A stretch of 64,000 nt of DNA from the IMG/VR virus record IMGVR_UViG_3300033402_000312; one strand, written 5' to 3'. Positions 19,401-28,108 of this stretch are shown piece by piece. A model generated the notes under the pieces. It had not been told where the DNA came from and did not search any database. It worked only from the letters and a program-made list of their open reading frames with translations. A program made the position numbers and the translations under genes. The first letter of the stretch is position 1, and every line of letters starts with the position of its first letter. Source of the DNA: a virus.

Positions 19401-19790
19401 CTTGGCTTCCTTGGAGTTTTCTTTTGCGTATTTCAAGGCGGTTTCATACAGCTTCTCAATCTCCATTAGCTCCTTGCGGGATTTCTTCGCGTCTTGGAGT
19501 TCCTTGCCGCTTAGGCTTTGGAGCTTCTTGCCCAATTCGACCCGTTTCCTGATTGCCGTTTCCATGTCTTCAGACATCTGAAGACCCTGCTTAAACTCGG
19601 CGTTCAGCTTAGCGGTTTGTTCTGTCGCCTCACGGAGGGCTTTTTCCGCCCCCTCAAGCCTCATGTTCACGTCGTCGAGGGTGCCTCTCATCTTGTCGAT
19701 CACGTTCGCCACGCCGGGGTCGAGGGGCGGATTTCCCCCGCCCCCGGAGGGAGGACCGCCTGCGCCTGCCGGGTTTGTAGGATCAGCCAT
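16491..19790 (-). CDS. tape measure protein (putative)
   Basis: 1099-aa, Ala/Gly/Glu/Lys-rich, extensive coiled-coil with internal hydrophobic segments. Positioned upstream of the tail lysin and baseplate genes. Confidence 0.6.
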   Translation of the reverse strand: MADPTNPAGAGGPPSGGGGNPPLDPGVANVIDKMRGTLDDVNMRLEGAEKALREATEQTAKLNAEFKQGLQMSEDMETAIRKRVELGKKLQSLSGKELQDAKKSRKELMEIEKLYETALKYAKENSKEAKEMTKNLGKVKDLLRDMARDGKLPEEQLSRMRDVIGEAARNTNNLVKAMHNLSRGGAAFKGITGILGAMGIGGGVSRTIERRLEQMEEVREKIKESRDLRAAATRKHMEKRREDAIEEMRGMAGRGGLSTDPDTGEVMEFFDKGGKLTKGGRDVLAGKMGFKQAKMAARYADFMKGEENIAGGEEAGADYAAAMSEGGGAAEGIAAGVEAGSEGLLAGMEALSGPLIILVAAIELLAKVFDTWATQNADIEKKLGAGGLFTRPGVGAGTAFEQARAALTPNVAATTKNLALGITFERNLALAAAMTNAGYNVADSFGKGADEVANKLPGAEGEFMQGSVGEFQRVVMGVSRVAGLSGEEGTANLIKLLQEYRETVASSEDFMGQLNKDTQAAGISTTKYLKIIDEVSSHFDRMSKSLEEVTGVMRELSRYGEVSSESLRDMMESFATAQDKPSLGNLSAAIYSQMVAPKQLTATAIGTERAVVQNAVDAANAEIGRAHLAGDQIDVLGPDMSEAIAAGDIDKAQRLVAEKRQEAMNIKDRARQQQVIDALGKVEDQLLHLSTIQGDAFERAGGQALYGADPAQLAHEAFANLNEVMGKAGATITDLMTGRLTGVQMAQIMQESAMLGIDPMKLRRMLLQEAQNRVREALTESPAGKKRDYRILVKEIADGLTRKQWLATLGRHGFEKYADDQNALAEQMVLHQEEAGKLLGENANIIAGSGDTQNQLLSKMHAEQASGIATQEDALDQAGDIGARTQTIEQILENVFKPIFNDMLLAVEIIAKWVSSLGGEDLDTERKQLQSDIQAIPDAIKSLEDKTKGLIEEEKKLVDSQGHVLPGSEKKFQELKDEIAANNKTIEDLRDTAVTGFTDDQEQLEKTIAENLPASAPGQTPGETPEQKFGDLFDMFNDPYSSTAPAPGPTSNQTIINNYYNANSTQNYTTPDSVSNSNETPRGGPVQPQPEYEYGDEGP

Positions 19791-19794
19791 TTAA

Positions 19795-20475
19795 TTATTT
19801 CGCCGCCTGTTGTTCCTCTTCGGGCTTCTCAGTCATTGTGTCGTACGCAGAAGCGACCTGTTCATCACGGATGGTTTGGAAGGACGTGTCCATTTGCTTG
19901 CGTGCCCGCTCGATGAGCCGGGCTTCGACCTCAGTCATCATGGCGCTCTGGGGAAATTCACTCTTGAGCCTATCCTCTATGTTCTGCGAATGGTTCATCA
20001 AAACTTTCCACAGCGACTCGACAAGCTCTTGCCCCCAAGTCATGATTGTGTTGCGCAGCACGACCTGCACGTCGCGCACCGCCCTGTTCGGGTCGGTCGG
20101 GTCGGGGACAAAGCGCTTTTCGACAGGGAGGTTGCGGATGTCGATGCCGTCGATCCAGGAGATCGCTCGGGATATAAGCTCGACCTTCACGCGCTTGATC
20201 CACAAATAGCCCTTGAACTCGTCGGCAGCCTGCACCGAAAGCATTTCTTCAGACGTTGGGATATTCGCGATCTTGATCCGAAGGTCCTTGCCTTTGGATT
20301 TCAGCGTGAGGATTTCCTCGAAGTCCTCGATGCCGAACCCCTTCAGCCCGGCTACGACATCGTCGAGCGACTTCGGCGCTGCCTGCTCCTCTGACGCCGG
20401 GGCAATTGCCTCAAGCTCGCCTTGTGCCTTTTGCGCTTCGTTCTGTTCGTTGCTCATTTGTCCCTTCCCTACCAA
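19795..20475 (-). CDS. hypothetical protein (possible tail assembly chaperone)
   Basis: Acidic 226-aa ORF immediately upstream of the tape measure gene. Confidence 0.4.
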   Translation of the reverse strand: MVGKGQMSNEQNEAQKAQGELEAIAPASEEQAAPKSLDDVVAGLKGFGIEDFEEILTLKSKGKDLRIKIANIPTSEEMLSVQAADEFKGYLWIKRVKVELISRAISWIDGIDIRNLPVEKRFVPDPTDPNRAVRDVQVVLRNTIMTWGQELVESLWKVLMNHSQNIEDRLKSEFPQSAMMTEVEARLIERARKQMDTSFQTIRDEQVASAYDTMTEKPEEEQQAAK

Positions 20476-20559
20476 GATAGTTTGCCAGCCCGAAAAGCCG
20501 GTTTTGCTGACTAATACCCGTTTCAGGGTTCATCTCCTGTATTTTCAAGGGCTTAAAGA

Positions 20560-20589
20560 TGGACTAATCGAGGAGTTAGCCTGTATACT
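20560..20589 (+). promoter_or_regulatory. sigma70-like promoter TGGACT-N18-TATACT
   Basis: TGGACT at 20560-20565, 18-nt spacer, TATACT at 20584-20589. A GAGGAAA RBS and the ATG at 20609 follow. Confidence 0.5.
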
Positions 20590-20608
20590 ACAAGTAGAGG
20601 AAACGGCA

Positions 20609-21286
20609 ATGCACATCATCCAAGAGATTCGAGAGGCAATCGGATGGGTCGTAAAGCAGGTGCTCCTGATCGCCGGGGTCGTTGTCGTGGTTACGATAGC
20701 CCCCATTATCCTTGCTGTGCTTCCACAAGTGCTCATCATCGACAATCCCCATGGTGATTTCTCCGGTCTGGGTCAGCTTTTCTTCTGGGCAACCCCCCTC
20801 TCGGTCTTCCTGTGGATGGCTTTCCTGTGGGGGTTCCTCAGCAGGTGGGCGATGGAACGCAGAGGCATGGGCACATCGGAGTGGCGTGACGCCAACGGCG
20901 GTTTTATTGGCGTGCAGGTCAAATCCACAGGCTACGCGATTCTAGGATTCTTCGGCTCGTTCGCATGCGAGTTTCTATTCATATTCATATTCAGAATCGT
21001 ACCCTACAGTATGTTCAACGGCGCATTCCGGTATTCGTTATGGTTCGCGCTGTTCCCGTTTGCGGCGTACACCCCGGTCATCCTGCTCCTACTCAAGCAT
21101 CGCAGCGAAAGCAAACTGTTTGTTAGCCCTGACCAGTGGGCAGCCTACCTTGAACAAAGACGTGTGCAAGCTGAGAGACAGGCAGCACGCGACGAAGCAT
21201 GGGAACAGATGACGCACAGAGACGAATCCGAATTGCTAGAAGGCATCGACAAGCAAATCGCTCGCATGAAGCGGAGTCCCATCTAA
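20609..21286 (+). CDS. integral membrane protein (4 predicted TM helices), moron in tail module
   Basis: Internal ATG at 20609 of track ORF 20213-21286, preceded by the promoter motif. Hydrophobic helices include VLLIAGVVVVVTIAPIILAVLPQVLII and LFFWATPLSVFLWMAFLWGFL. Opposite strand to neighbours. Confidence 0.55.
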   Translation: MHIIQEIREAIGWVVKQVLLIAGVVVVVTIAPIILAVLPQVLIIDNPHGDFSGLGQLFFWATPLSVFLWMAFLWGFLSRWAMERRGMGTSEWRDANGGFIGVQVKSTGYAILGFFGSFACEFLFIFIFRIVPYSMFNGAFRYSLWFALFPFAAYTPVILLLLKHRSESKLFVSPDQWAAYLEQRRVQAERQAARDEAWEQMTHRDESELLEGIDKQIARMKRSPI

Positions 21287-21289
21287 GCG

Positions 21290-22390
21290 TCACCTATATT
21301 TCTTAATCTTGTTCAGTTGCCGCACAGTCGGGTCTACCTCGTAGGCGCTGCGCGTCTTGACTGCCGTAGGCTTCGGCTTCTGCCCCTTGGCGAGAGCCGC
21401 CTGACGCTCCCTGACTTCCTTTTCGGTCAGAATTTGCATGTTTTGCTGGTACACGCCCGCCGACGCAATTCCGCGCTTCTTGCGGGCTTCCTCGATCTGC
21501 TTCTGCCGCTCCTCTGATTCAGCGACCATCTGCTTCGACCAAGCCTCCATGACCCGCTCGTGCTTGTCGCCTTCCATCATGCCCTTCAGTTCGCGCCGCA
21601 AGTCCTCTAGCGAGTCGCCGGGATGCCCCCACCCGTCGTTCACGTCCACCGCCTTTTGCACACGGACGATCTGCTCCCACATGTAGTTCGAGCCTGTCTC
21701 AAGCTGGCGTGCAACACTCTTTAGCTCGTTTGCCACCGGGTCGGCACGCCTCCCCGCCCACGGGCGCACGATGAACAGGGCGTTCATGCTGTCCTCCAGC
21801 CTCTTCTTCGCCTGTTCGCGGTAGGAGCACAGCGCCGCCCACATGCGGGCATGGTCCGGGGGTGCTATGATGGTGATCGCCTTGCCGTCCGGCATGCTGA
21901 TGGTTTTGCTGCTGAAAGACGTCAACTGCTCGCCCTTGCCGTACCACAAGACCTCGGACGACTGCGTTGTCACGTAAGCGTTCAGGTAGGGGTACAGGGA
22001 CAGGTCGTAGTCGCTCATCTGCTTTACGACATCGACAAGGCTCTTGATCTCCTCCGATTGCATCGCTTCAATCTGATCCCGCGTGAATGACGTGGCGTAC
22101 TGCAAGGTCAGGGCGACATAGTCGTTCGGGTCGCGCACCCAGCGCTTGAGCATGTTGCGCTCCTGAAAATGCACCCCGCGCACCCACCCCGCCTGCTTGC
22201 CGTCCGCAAGGAGCGGTCTGATGCGAGCGCCAACCTCGATAAGCTCTTCGCAATTTTCCGTGATCTCCCTCTTGACCCGCTCGACGTCCTTGGCCGGGGC
22301 TGGGCGCAGGCGGCCGTCACTGATCTGACGCATGAGGTCCATGCCGACGGACGCGTCTCGGCCCCTGGTGAACTTGGTCATATATGTCAC
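21290..22390 (-). CDS. hypothetical structural protein
   Basis: 366-aa ORF in the minus-strand block, upstream of the chaperone/tape-measure genes. Confidence 0.4.
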   Translation of the reverse strand: MTYMTKFTRGRDASVGMDLMRQISDGRLRPAPAKDVERVKREITENCEELIEVGARIRPLLADGKQAGWVRGVHFQERNMLKRWVRDPNDYVALTLQYATSFTRDQIEAMQSEEIKSLVDVVKQMSDYDLSLYPYLNAYVTTQSSEVLWYGKGEQLTSFSSKTISMPDGKAITIIAPPDHARMWAALCSYREQAKKRLEDSMNALFIVRPWAGRRADPVANELKSVARQLETGSNYMWEQIVRVQKAVDVNDGWGHPGDSLEDLRRELKGMMEGDKHERVMEAWSKQMVAESEERQKQIEEARKKRGIASAGVYQQNMQILTEKEVRERQAALAKGQKPKPTAVKTRSAYEVDPTVRQLNKIKKYR

Positions 22391-22992
22391 AGCACCATCT
22401 CAGCAAAACTCAACTGATATGCACCTGCTCGGCGTAGCCAAGCCTTGAACTCCTCGTAAGGCATGTTTCGTTTGGCGTACTGGCACAGCTTGCAGCAGGG
22501 CACAACATTGTTCGGCACATACCCCACAGCATTGTCCATGCGATCAATCCCATTGTAGGTGAAACTGCCGTGATGTCGTTGTCTAGCCATAATAGTGGAA
22601 GGTCCTATTCCGCAATAGTGGCAGTCGGACTGAGTGAGAAGGTCGAACTGTTCATCGGAAAGCGCCCATTCGCGCCCACATAGCTCGGCATCATGCTTGT
22701 ACCTACCTAAAACTGCATTCCGCTGAGATAGCCCAAAAGGTAGACTGACTTTTTCCCGTTGCCAACAGCCACAGCTTTGAGCAAGTCCAGCCCGTAGACT
22801 ATACCCATGGCTGATCTGCTCTTTACCCGGAGAGCAATCACATTCGCATACCCATCTCAGGCCGTGTTGTCCCTGGTTACTGGGCGCTTGTCGTAAAACA
22901 GTTAATCTGCCAAATTTTTGACCTGTCAAATCAATTCTAGTCGGCACTTTTCCCGCCTCCGGTCCCCCGCTTGATAGGCGGCATGGTTCCAA
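22387..22992 (-). CDS. HNH homing endonuclease (paralog family)
   Basis: TGQKFGRLTVL..WVCECDCS..QSCGC N-terminal motif. C-terminal DRMDNAVGYVPNNVVPCCKLCQYAK is an HNH motif. Confidence 0.7.
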   Translation of the reverse strand: MEPCRLSSGGPEAGKVPTRIDLTGQKFGRLTVLRQAPSNQGQHGLRWVCECDCSPGKEQISHGYSLRAGLAQSCGCWQREKVSLPFGLSQRNAVLGRYKHDAELCGREWALSDEQFDLLTQSDCHYCGIGPSTIMARQRHHGSFTYNGIDRMDNAVGYVPNNVVPCCKLCQYAKRNMPYEEFKAWLRRAGAYQLSFAEMVL

Positions 22993-23488
22993 ATATGCCT
23001 TCGTCGGATGTCGCTTTCGTTGCCCCGCGCATCTTGGAATTCTTCGCCATTTGGCGTTCCAGTTCCAGTTGCTCCTGAAGCTCCCGCTTCCCGAACTTCA
23101 ATTCCATCTCGCGCTCGACCCTGTCCATGATCCGGTCGCGCTGCTCCTCGACCTCCTCCATGCGCTTTACCAGCTTTCCCGGCTCCAAGGCTCTGTAAAG
23201 CCCCATGGTCGAGAAACGGATCGGGATGGGAAAATTGCCTTTGTACAGGATGAAAACGCGTTGCACGACCGCCTCCGGCAAGGGGCGCAGCACCTTCATG
23301 GCTTCCTCGGGCGATTCAACCTTGAGACCGGAAACCTCAACGAGAGCGTGGGACAAGATGCGACGCAAGCGGTTTTCGCCCTTCGAAAACTTGACAGAGG
23401 TCTCCTCCCGCCAAGAAAGTTGGCGGAAGCGAAAGGTGTATTTGAGTATTTTTACCTCGACGGTTTCCATGTCACTGAAGGTTCGCAT
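22937..23488 (-). CDS. hypothetical protein
   Basis: 183-aa ORF with a basic/acidic coiled-coil C-terminus. First gene of the minus-strand block. Confidence 0.4.
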   Translation of the reverse strand: MRTFSDMETVEVKILKYTFRFRQLSWREETSVKFSKGENRLRRILSHALVEVSGLKVESPEEAMKVLRPLPEAVVQRVFILYKGNFPIPIRFSTMGLYRALEPGKLVKRMEEVEEQRDRIMDRVEREMELKFGKRELQEQLELERQMAKNSKMRGATKATSDEGIFGTMPPIKRGTGGGKSAD

Positions 23489-23570
23489 AACCCATTCAGG
23501 AGGAAATACCGTCGCGGGTGGTATTAGCCGTGTGTTGCACGTCTCCGGGTTGCTCCGAGCAGACGTTTAA

Positions 23571-23606
23571 GGGCGAGGCGCTAGACCTCTAGCTAGCGCC
23601 CCGCCC
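23571..23606. promoter_or_regulatory. near-perfect 14-bp inverted repeat in divergent intergenic region (operator-like)
   Basis: GGGCGAGGCGCTAG (23571-23584) versus CTAGCGCCCCGCCC (23593-23606), with one mismatch. The central ACCTCTAG contains a CTAG palindrome. Confidence 0.4.
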
Positions 23607-23620
23607 GATCTAGGGGGATT

Positions 23621-26600
23621 TTGCCCACTTCCGACAATTCGCAAGCCAACGAGATTCACAGCTACCTGTCCCGGCTTTTCAAGCCCGGAGAACTGATCGA
23701 GTACCGCGCCCTGCTTTGGGGCGGGGGCGGTCGCGGGCTGTACTTCACGGATTTGGATCGCTTGGCGGAAGTCGTTGCCAAGCTTGACCAAGACTCCCGC
23801 GTCCAATCCAGCTACGTGGTCATCAACCCGCTGAAAGGACGCCTCATCCGCGAGCGCGAATTGGCAGTGAACCCGACCGACGAGCAGGTGGAGCAAGTCA
23901 TCGCCGGCCCGGGGGGACAGACAGCCAGCAACGACGACATCGACATCCTGCGGTGGATGTTCATCGACGTGGACACCGTACGCGCTCCGGGCTTCGAGAA
24001 GGAGCCTGCCACGAACGAGGAGAAAGCGCGGTCGAAAGCCGTAGCTGTACGCGTGCTCCAATTCCTGAAGGAAAGAGGGTGGCCTCAGCCCATTGTCTGC
24101 GATTCGGGCAACGGCTGGCACCTTTTGTTCCTCATCAACCTTCAGAACACGCCGACGAACTTCCACAACGAGGCGGATTGCCTCAAGGCGCTGAAGGCAA
24201 AGTTCGACTGCGAAGACGCCAACATCGACGCGAGCGTGTTCAACCCAGCCCGCCTCACCCGCGCCTACGGCAGCACCACGCGCAAGGGCACCAACACGCC
24301 AGAACGCCCGTACAGGCGCAACAAGATGCTGGACTCCCGGCAGCCTGTCGGCGACGTCACGCTGGAAATGCTCCTCAACTTGGCTGTAGACTCGCCCGGC
24401 TACAGTAAGGGAGGCGGCGACCTGCCCGAGCTTGCGCAGGGCTTCAAGCCGTACGACTTCATCGACCATTACGTGAAACAGGGAGCCTTCGAAATCGAAG
24501 GCGAGAAGGAATGGCAGGGCAACCCCATCCTCGCCACCAACTACTGCCTTTTCGCAGGGCGCAAGCACTCCGGTGACGAATTCAAGTCAGGGTTCGTGAT
24601 CGGAGACACCTTCGGGTACAGATGTTTTTCGGATGACTGCGAAGGTCTCGGTCTTAGGGACGCCCAGCGCATCTTGGACGAGATAACGAACGAGGATGGC
24701 TCGAAAAAGTACATTCCTTTCGGTCAACCCATCTTCGAGATGGACCGCATCGCAATCGAGCAGAATTTCGCCAAGATGCTGGCTGACGGGGATATAGTAT
24801 TGGCCTCCGAAGCGGAAATCGCTGAAAACCAAAAGAAGCAGGACAAAGTGGATGAGGCTATGGTGTCCACGAAGCCTGCTCAAGAGCCAGAAAAACCTGA
24901 GGAGCAAGCAGCTTTAGGCGTGCCTGTCGAAGCCCCAAGCCCTGAGCCGAAAGACGACATGCCCAAGTGGGTAAAGGGCGAAAAAGCATTGGACGATCTC
25001 GGAATAATCGTCAACAACTTGGCGACCGATGTCCTGCGCATCGTGTTCCATCACCCCACGGAGGTGTGGGAGGACGGGTTTCTGCTCTACATGAAGCGCA
25101 TCAAGACAAAGCTGGGCTTCAACAAAAAATGGAAAAAACCCGAGGACGGTGAGGCTGCGCAGCAGACCCTCAAGATGCCCATCGGGGAGACGATGAAGCT
25201 GCTCATCAAATTCGCCGAGGCGCACAAGCGCCTGCCCGACAAAGCGACGTTCGCGCACTTCCTCAACGTATCCACCGACCCCGAGGTCATGAAAGACACT
25301 TATAAGGGAGAGGTCGTAGCTTGGGTCAACGACCTTGAAGAGCTTCCAGCCAGCATGTTCGACATGACAGCACAAGCGTTCTTGGACAGGCTCGACATCC
25401 GCGCCGAGATCGACGCATGGCGCGAGTCTTTCAGCCATTTCTTGCTAGAAGAGCACGACATCATCGGCGCACGCATGATGCTTCGCAAGCACTTCAACAT
25501 CAGCACGACGCAGGATTCTGTGTTCGAGCAGGGCGCATGGCAGGAGCGCACCGATGCGATCTACGCTTCCTTCGAAAAGAACGTCCTCGGCGTGGGCGAC
25601 GAGCGCAAGTTCAGGCTGGGTTTCCCGTCCATCGACAACTCGGGCATGAACATCGGGCTTGACGGCGACTGCGCCATCTGCCTGTGCGGCCCGGCCTCGA
25701 ACCGCAAGACCACGGCGGCGCTGTCCATCGCCATGAACTTTGCGATCATCGGGAAGAATGGTCTGTTCTTCGCGGGCGAGCACCAGTGCATGAAGGTGCT
25801 CAAGCGCCTCACGCTCCAGCTTTCGCATTTTTTCAAGGACGACCCGGAGATCGGGCACATCCCCGGTCTCCCCAAGTGGGAGGGGCTGCGCCGCACGGCA
25901 ACCGAGGAGGATTTGGTAAAGGTCAAGAAGCTCTTGCTGAGGCTCAAGTCCGGCGAACAGGTGCCCGGCTTCATCGAACCGCAAAATATCGATGCCGTGA
26001 CGCGGGGGGAGGAAGACAAAGTCGGCGCTCTCCTGCAATACGCCGAGGCGACATTCCCGAAGTACCAGTGGGAGTTCATCGTCATCGACCCGCTTGACAC
26101 CATCATGCCCCCGGAGATCACAGGCGTGAAGGGCGGCCCGAGCAATTGGAAGGTATGCTCCGGCATCATAGACAGGCTGTTTGACTTCAGCCGCAACGCA
26201 TTCGGCGGCAAAGGCTGCATGGTGATCGTCACCGCGCAGTTCGGCTCCGACGCCCGGCGCGACATCGAAAAGATTCAGCAGAAGAACTCGGGCGTCGAAA
26301 ACTTCGACGATGAGCTTGAGTCTATCCTCAAGCGCGACGGTCTTATTCAGTACTTCACGACCATCGGTCAGCGGTTCGACCTGTGCTTGGGCATCGCGAC
26401 GCGGACCAAGGACGGGAACGACGGTTTGATCGTTCGAGGCCGTGACCGTGAGGGTGGAGTGTTCAATGCTTGCTATTTCGAGGTCAACGCCGACACCAAC
26501 TACATGCGGGAGAAAAAGAAGGAGTACAAAATGCTCGATAAGGAGCAGGCAAAGGAAGCCATGGAGGCGGCTGCGCAGGTGGAGCGGTCGTTCGACCCGG

Positions 26601-26623
26601 CGCTGGCTGAGGAGGCACAGTGA
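23621..26623 (+). CDS. primase-polymerase (AEP/PrimPol domain) fused to a RecA/DnaB-like helicase-like domain
   Basis: TTG start. N-terminal FIDVD and CDSGNGWHLLF match the AEP DxD and sGxGxH motifs. C-terminal P-loop-like CGPASNRKTTAALSIA and a hhhhD Walker-B-like FIVIDPLD. Confidence 0.65.
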   Translation: MPTSDNSQANEIHSYLSRLFKPGELIEYRALLWGGGGRGLYFTDLDRLAEVVAKLDQDSRVQSSYVVINPLKGRLIRERELAVNPTDEQVEQVIAGPGGQTASNDDIDILRWMFIDVDTVRAPGFEKEPATNEEKARSKAVAVRVLQFLKERGWPQPIVCDSGNGWHLLFLINLQNTPTNFHNEADCLKALKAKFDCEDANIDASVFNPARLTRAYGSTTRKGTNTPERPYRRNKMLDSRQPVGDVTLEMLLNLAVDSPGYSKGGGDLPELAQGFKPYDFIDHYVKQGAFEIEGEKEWQGNPILATNYCLFAGRKHSGDEFKSGFVIGDTFGYRCFSDDCEGLGLRDAQRILDEITNEDGSKKYIPFGQPIFEMDRIAIEQNFAKMLADGDIVLASEAEIAENQKKQDKVDEAMVSTKPAQEPEKPEEQAALGVPVEAPSPEPKDDMPKWVKGEKALDDLGIIVNNLATDVLRIVFHHPTEVWEDGFLLYMKRIKTKLGFNKKWKKPEDGEAAQQTLKMPIGETMKLLIKFAEAHKRLPDKATFAHFLNVSTDPEVMKDTYKGEVVAWVNDLEELPASMFDMTAQAFLDRLDIRAEIDAWRESFSHFLLEEHDIIGARMMLRKHFNISTTQDSVFEQGAWQERTDAIYASFEKNVLGVGDERKFRLGFPSIDNSGMNIGLDGDCAICLCGPASNRKTTAALSIAMNFAIIGKNGLFFAGEHQCMKVLKRLTLQLSHFFKDDPEIGHIPGLPKWEGLRRTATEEDLVKVKKLLLRLKSGEQVPGFIEPQNIDAVTRGEEDKVGALLQYAEATFPKYQWEFIVIDPLDTIMPPEITGVKGGPSNWKVCSGIIDRLFDFSRNAFGGKGCMVIVTAQFGSDARRDIEKIQQKNSGVENFDDELESILKRDGLIQYFTTIGQRFDLCLGIATRTKDGNDGLIVRGRDREGGVFNACYFEVNADTNYMREKKKEYKMLDKEQAKEAMEAAAQVERSFDPALAEEAQ

Positions 26624-27201
26624 GCGCTGAGACAGGTTTTACGGCTATCCGAAACGGCATCTTGGAGCATGTGGAGGAAAGCAGCTTCTGTCTTCGAAGC
26701 TACGGACTCTACATGTATTTACACCAAAGAAAGCGTTGGCTGTCTGGGGTGGTCTGGACTAACGCTGCATCCATCGCCACCAGCTTCGGGGAAAAGAAGA
26801 CCACGGTGCAGTCTTTGATGCGGAATCTGCGCAGCAAAGGGTACATCCAGTACCCACGCGGCTTCGGCAAGAAAGGCAACTACCCCGTGCTGCTTATCAA
26901 TGATCAGCCAAGGCACGGTGTGCTGAAGGGATACAGCCTAAGTGGCTTCACTGACACTACTTGCACCCACGTGTACTACGAGCCTCTGAACGGACAGCAC
27001 ACTGAGGCTGTGCTGAGGATGTGCTCAGGATGGGGGCACGATAGGCTCACGTTGGGCGGAGTATGTGCTCTCGTTGTGCCTTTACTAGATATAAGACAGT
27101 CAAGACTGTGGAATAAGGAAGAAGAAGACCAAGATTCACAAGGCGGGCCCGAACCCGAAAGCCAAACCCTTGAAGCCCAAGTCAAGAAAGCAGGAGCCTA
27201 A
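26620..27201 (+). CDS. hypothetical protein, possible winged-helix DNA-binding protein
   Basis: GVVWTNAASIATSFGEKKTTVQSLMRNLRSKGYIQ is helix-turn-helix-like. Start overlaps the upstream stop. Confidence 0.4.
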   Translation: MSAETGFTAIRNGILEHVEESSFCLRSYGLYMYLHQRKRWLSGVVWTNAASIATSFGEKKTTVQSLMRNLRSKGYIQYPRGFGKKGNYPVLLINDQPRHGVLKGYSLSGFTDTTCTHVYYEPLNGQHTEAVLRMCSGWGHDRLTLGGVCALVVPLLDIRQSRLWNKEEEDQDSQGGPEPESQTLEAQVKKAGA

Positions 27202-27917
27202 TGCTACGTTTCCTCAAAAAAGCTCTTTGGCCCATCACCCTCGATGAGTGGGGAACAATGTCCGAGGAAGCGCAAGCGGAGGTATACAAGAAAAAAGGCA
27301 TCCGCACGGATATTGACGCTGCACAGCCGCCCAAGCCCCGATCCCGACGCACTTTCGCGTCGAAGCCGCAACCCCAAACGCAGCCAAAGCAGCAGACCCA
27401 GAAAGAGCCGAAGCAAAAAACTGAAGAGACGATTTCACGGCGAGTAGGCAAGCTGCGCAACTGGAACGAGGCAGTCACGACTAAGGAGGGGGGCATTATC
27501 CCCGGCTCGCGGCTTCGCGACTGCATCATTTTCCTGCTCGACGTCAGAAAAGACCCGTGGTACACGATGCGTCTGACCAGAGGTTTTGTGATGCGCAACG
27601 CGGCGAAAATCGACGCGGATGTGCCGGAAGATGCAAACCTTTACACTGCTGAGAATCCTCTCTTGGGAATGAGGCGCATAAGGACGGAAGACTATGAGGT
27701 GATGATCTCGACCATCGAGCGTCAACCGTCAACTGAGGAGGAGCGCGTGATCATCAGGGAGAAGTTTGGCGTGACTTCGTCCACGATCTCGTACCTCGCG
27801 AAAAAAGACTGCGAAAAATGCAAAGGCGCGGGGCTTTACGAGGTATCGTCCTACCCCAACGACCCGGTCTACAGGCGTTTGACCGAGTCTGTCGAGTGCG
27901 GTTGCAGCTATGAGTGA
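27201..27917 (+). CDS. hypothetical protein with C-terminal CxxC..CxC zinc-ribbon-like motif
   Basis: 238-aa ORF. Lys/Gln/Pro-rich linker. CEKCKGAG..VECGCSYE. Confidence 0.45.
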   Translation: MLRFLKKALWPITLDEWGTMSEEAQAEVYKKKGIRTDIDAAQPPKPRSRRTFASKPQPQTQPKQQTQKEPKQKTEETISRRVGKLRNWNEAVTTKEGGIIPGSRLRDCIIFLLDVRKDPWYTMRLTRGFVMRNAAKIDADVPEDANLYTAENPLLGMRRIRTEDYEVMISTIERQPSTEEERVIIREKFGVTSSTISYLAKKDCEKCKGAGLYEVSSYPNDPVYRRLTESVECGCSYE

Positions 27918-28108
27918 TTTTCGAGCACCAAAAGTTTTTCCCTAATTTTCTCACCCTAACTTTCTCATGCTTCGATAATCCCAGGAAGATAGTGAAAAAT
28001 TTTTCGGCGGCGGAAATCGCAAACTAAAAATTTCGCCGTTGCGCGTTTCTTAATTGTCGCCAAAAGAGTATTACACACTGTTCCCATTCAAAGAGAGAAT
28101 CGGTTTTC

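Noticed and set aside
23567-26265. Minus-strand ORFs 23567-24568, 25445-26038 and 25561-26265 overlapping the primase-helicase gene
   Set aside because: Shadow ORFs. The plus-strand 1000-aa ORF carries clear AEP and P-loop motifs.
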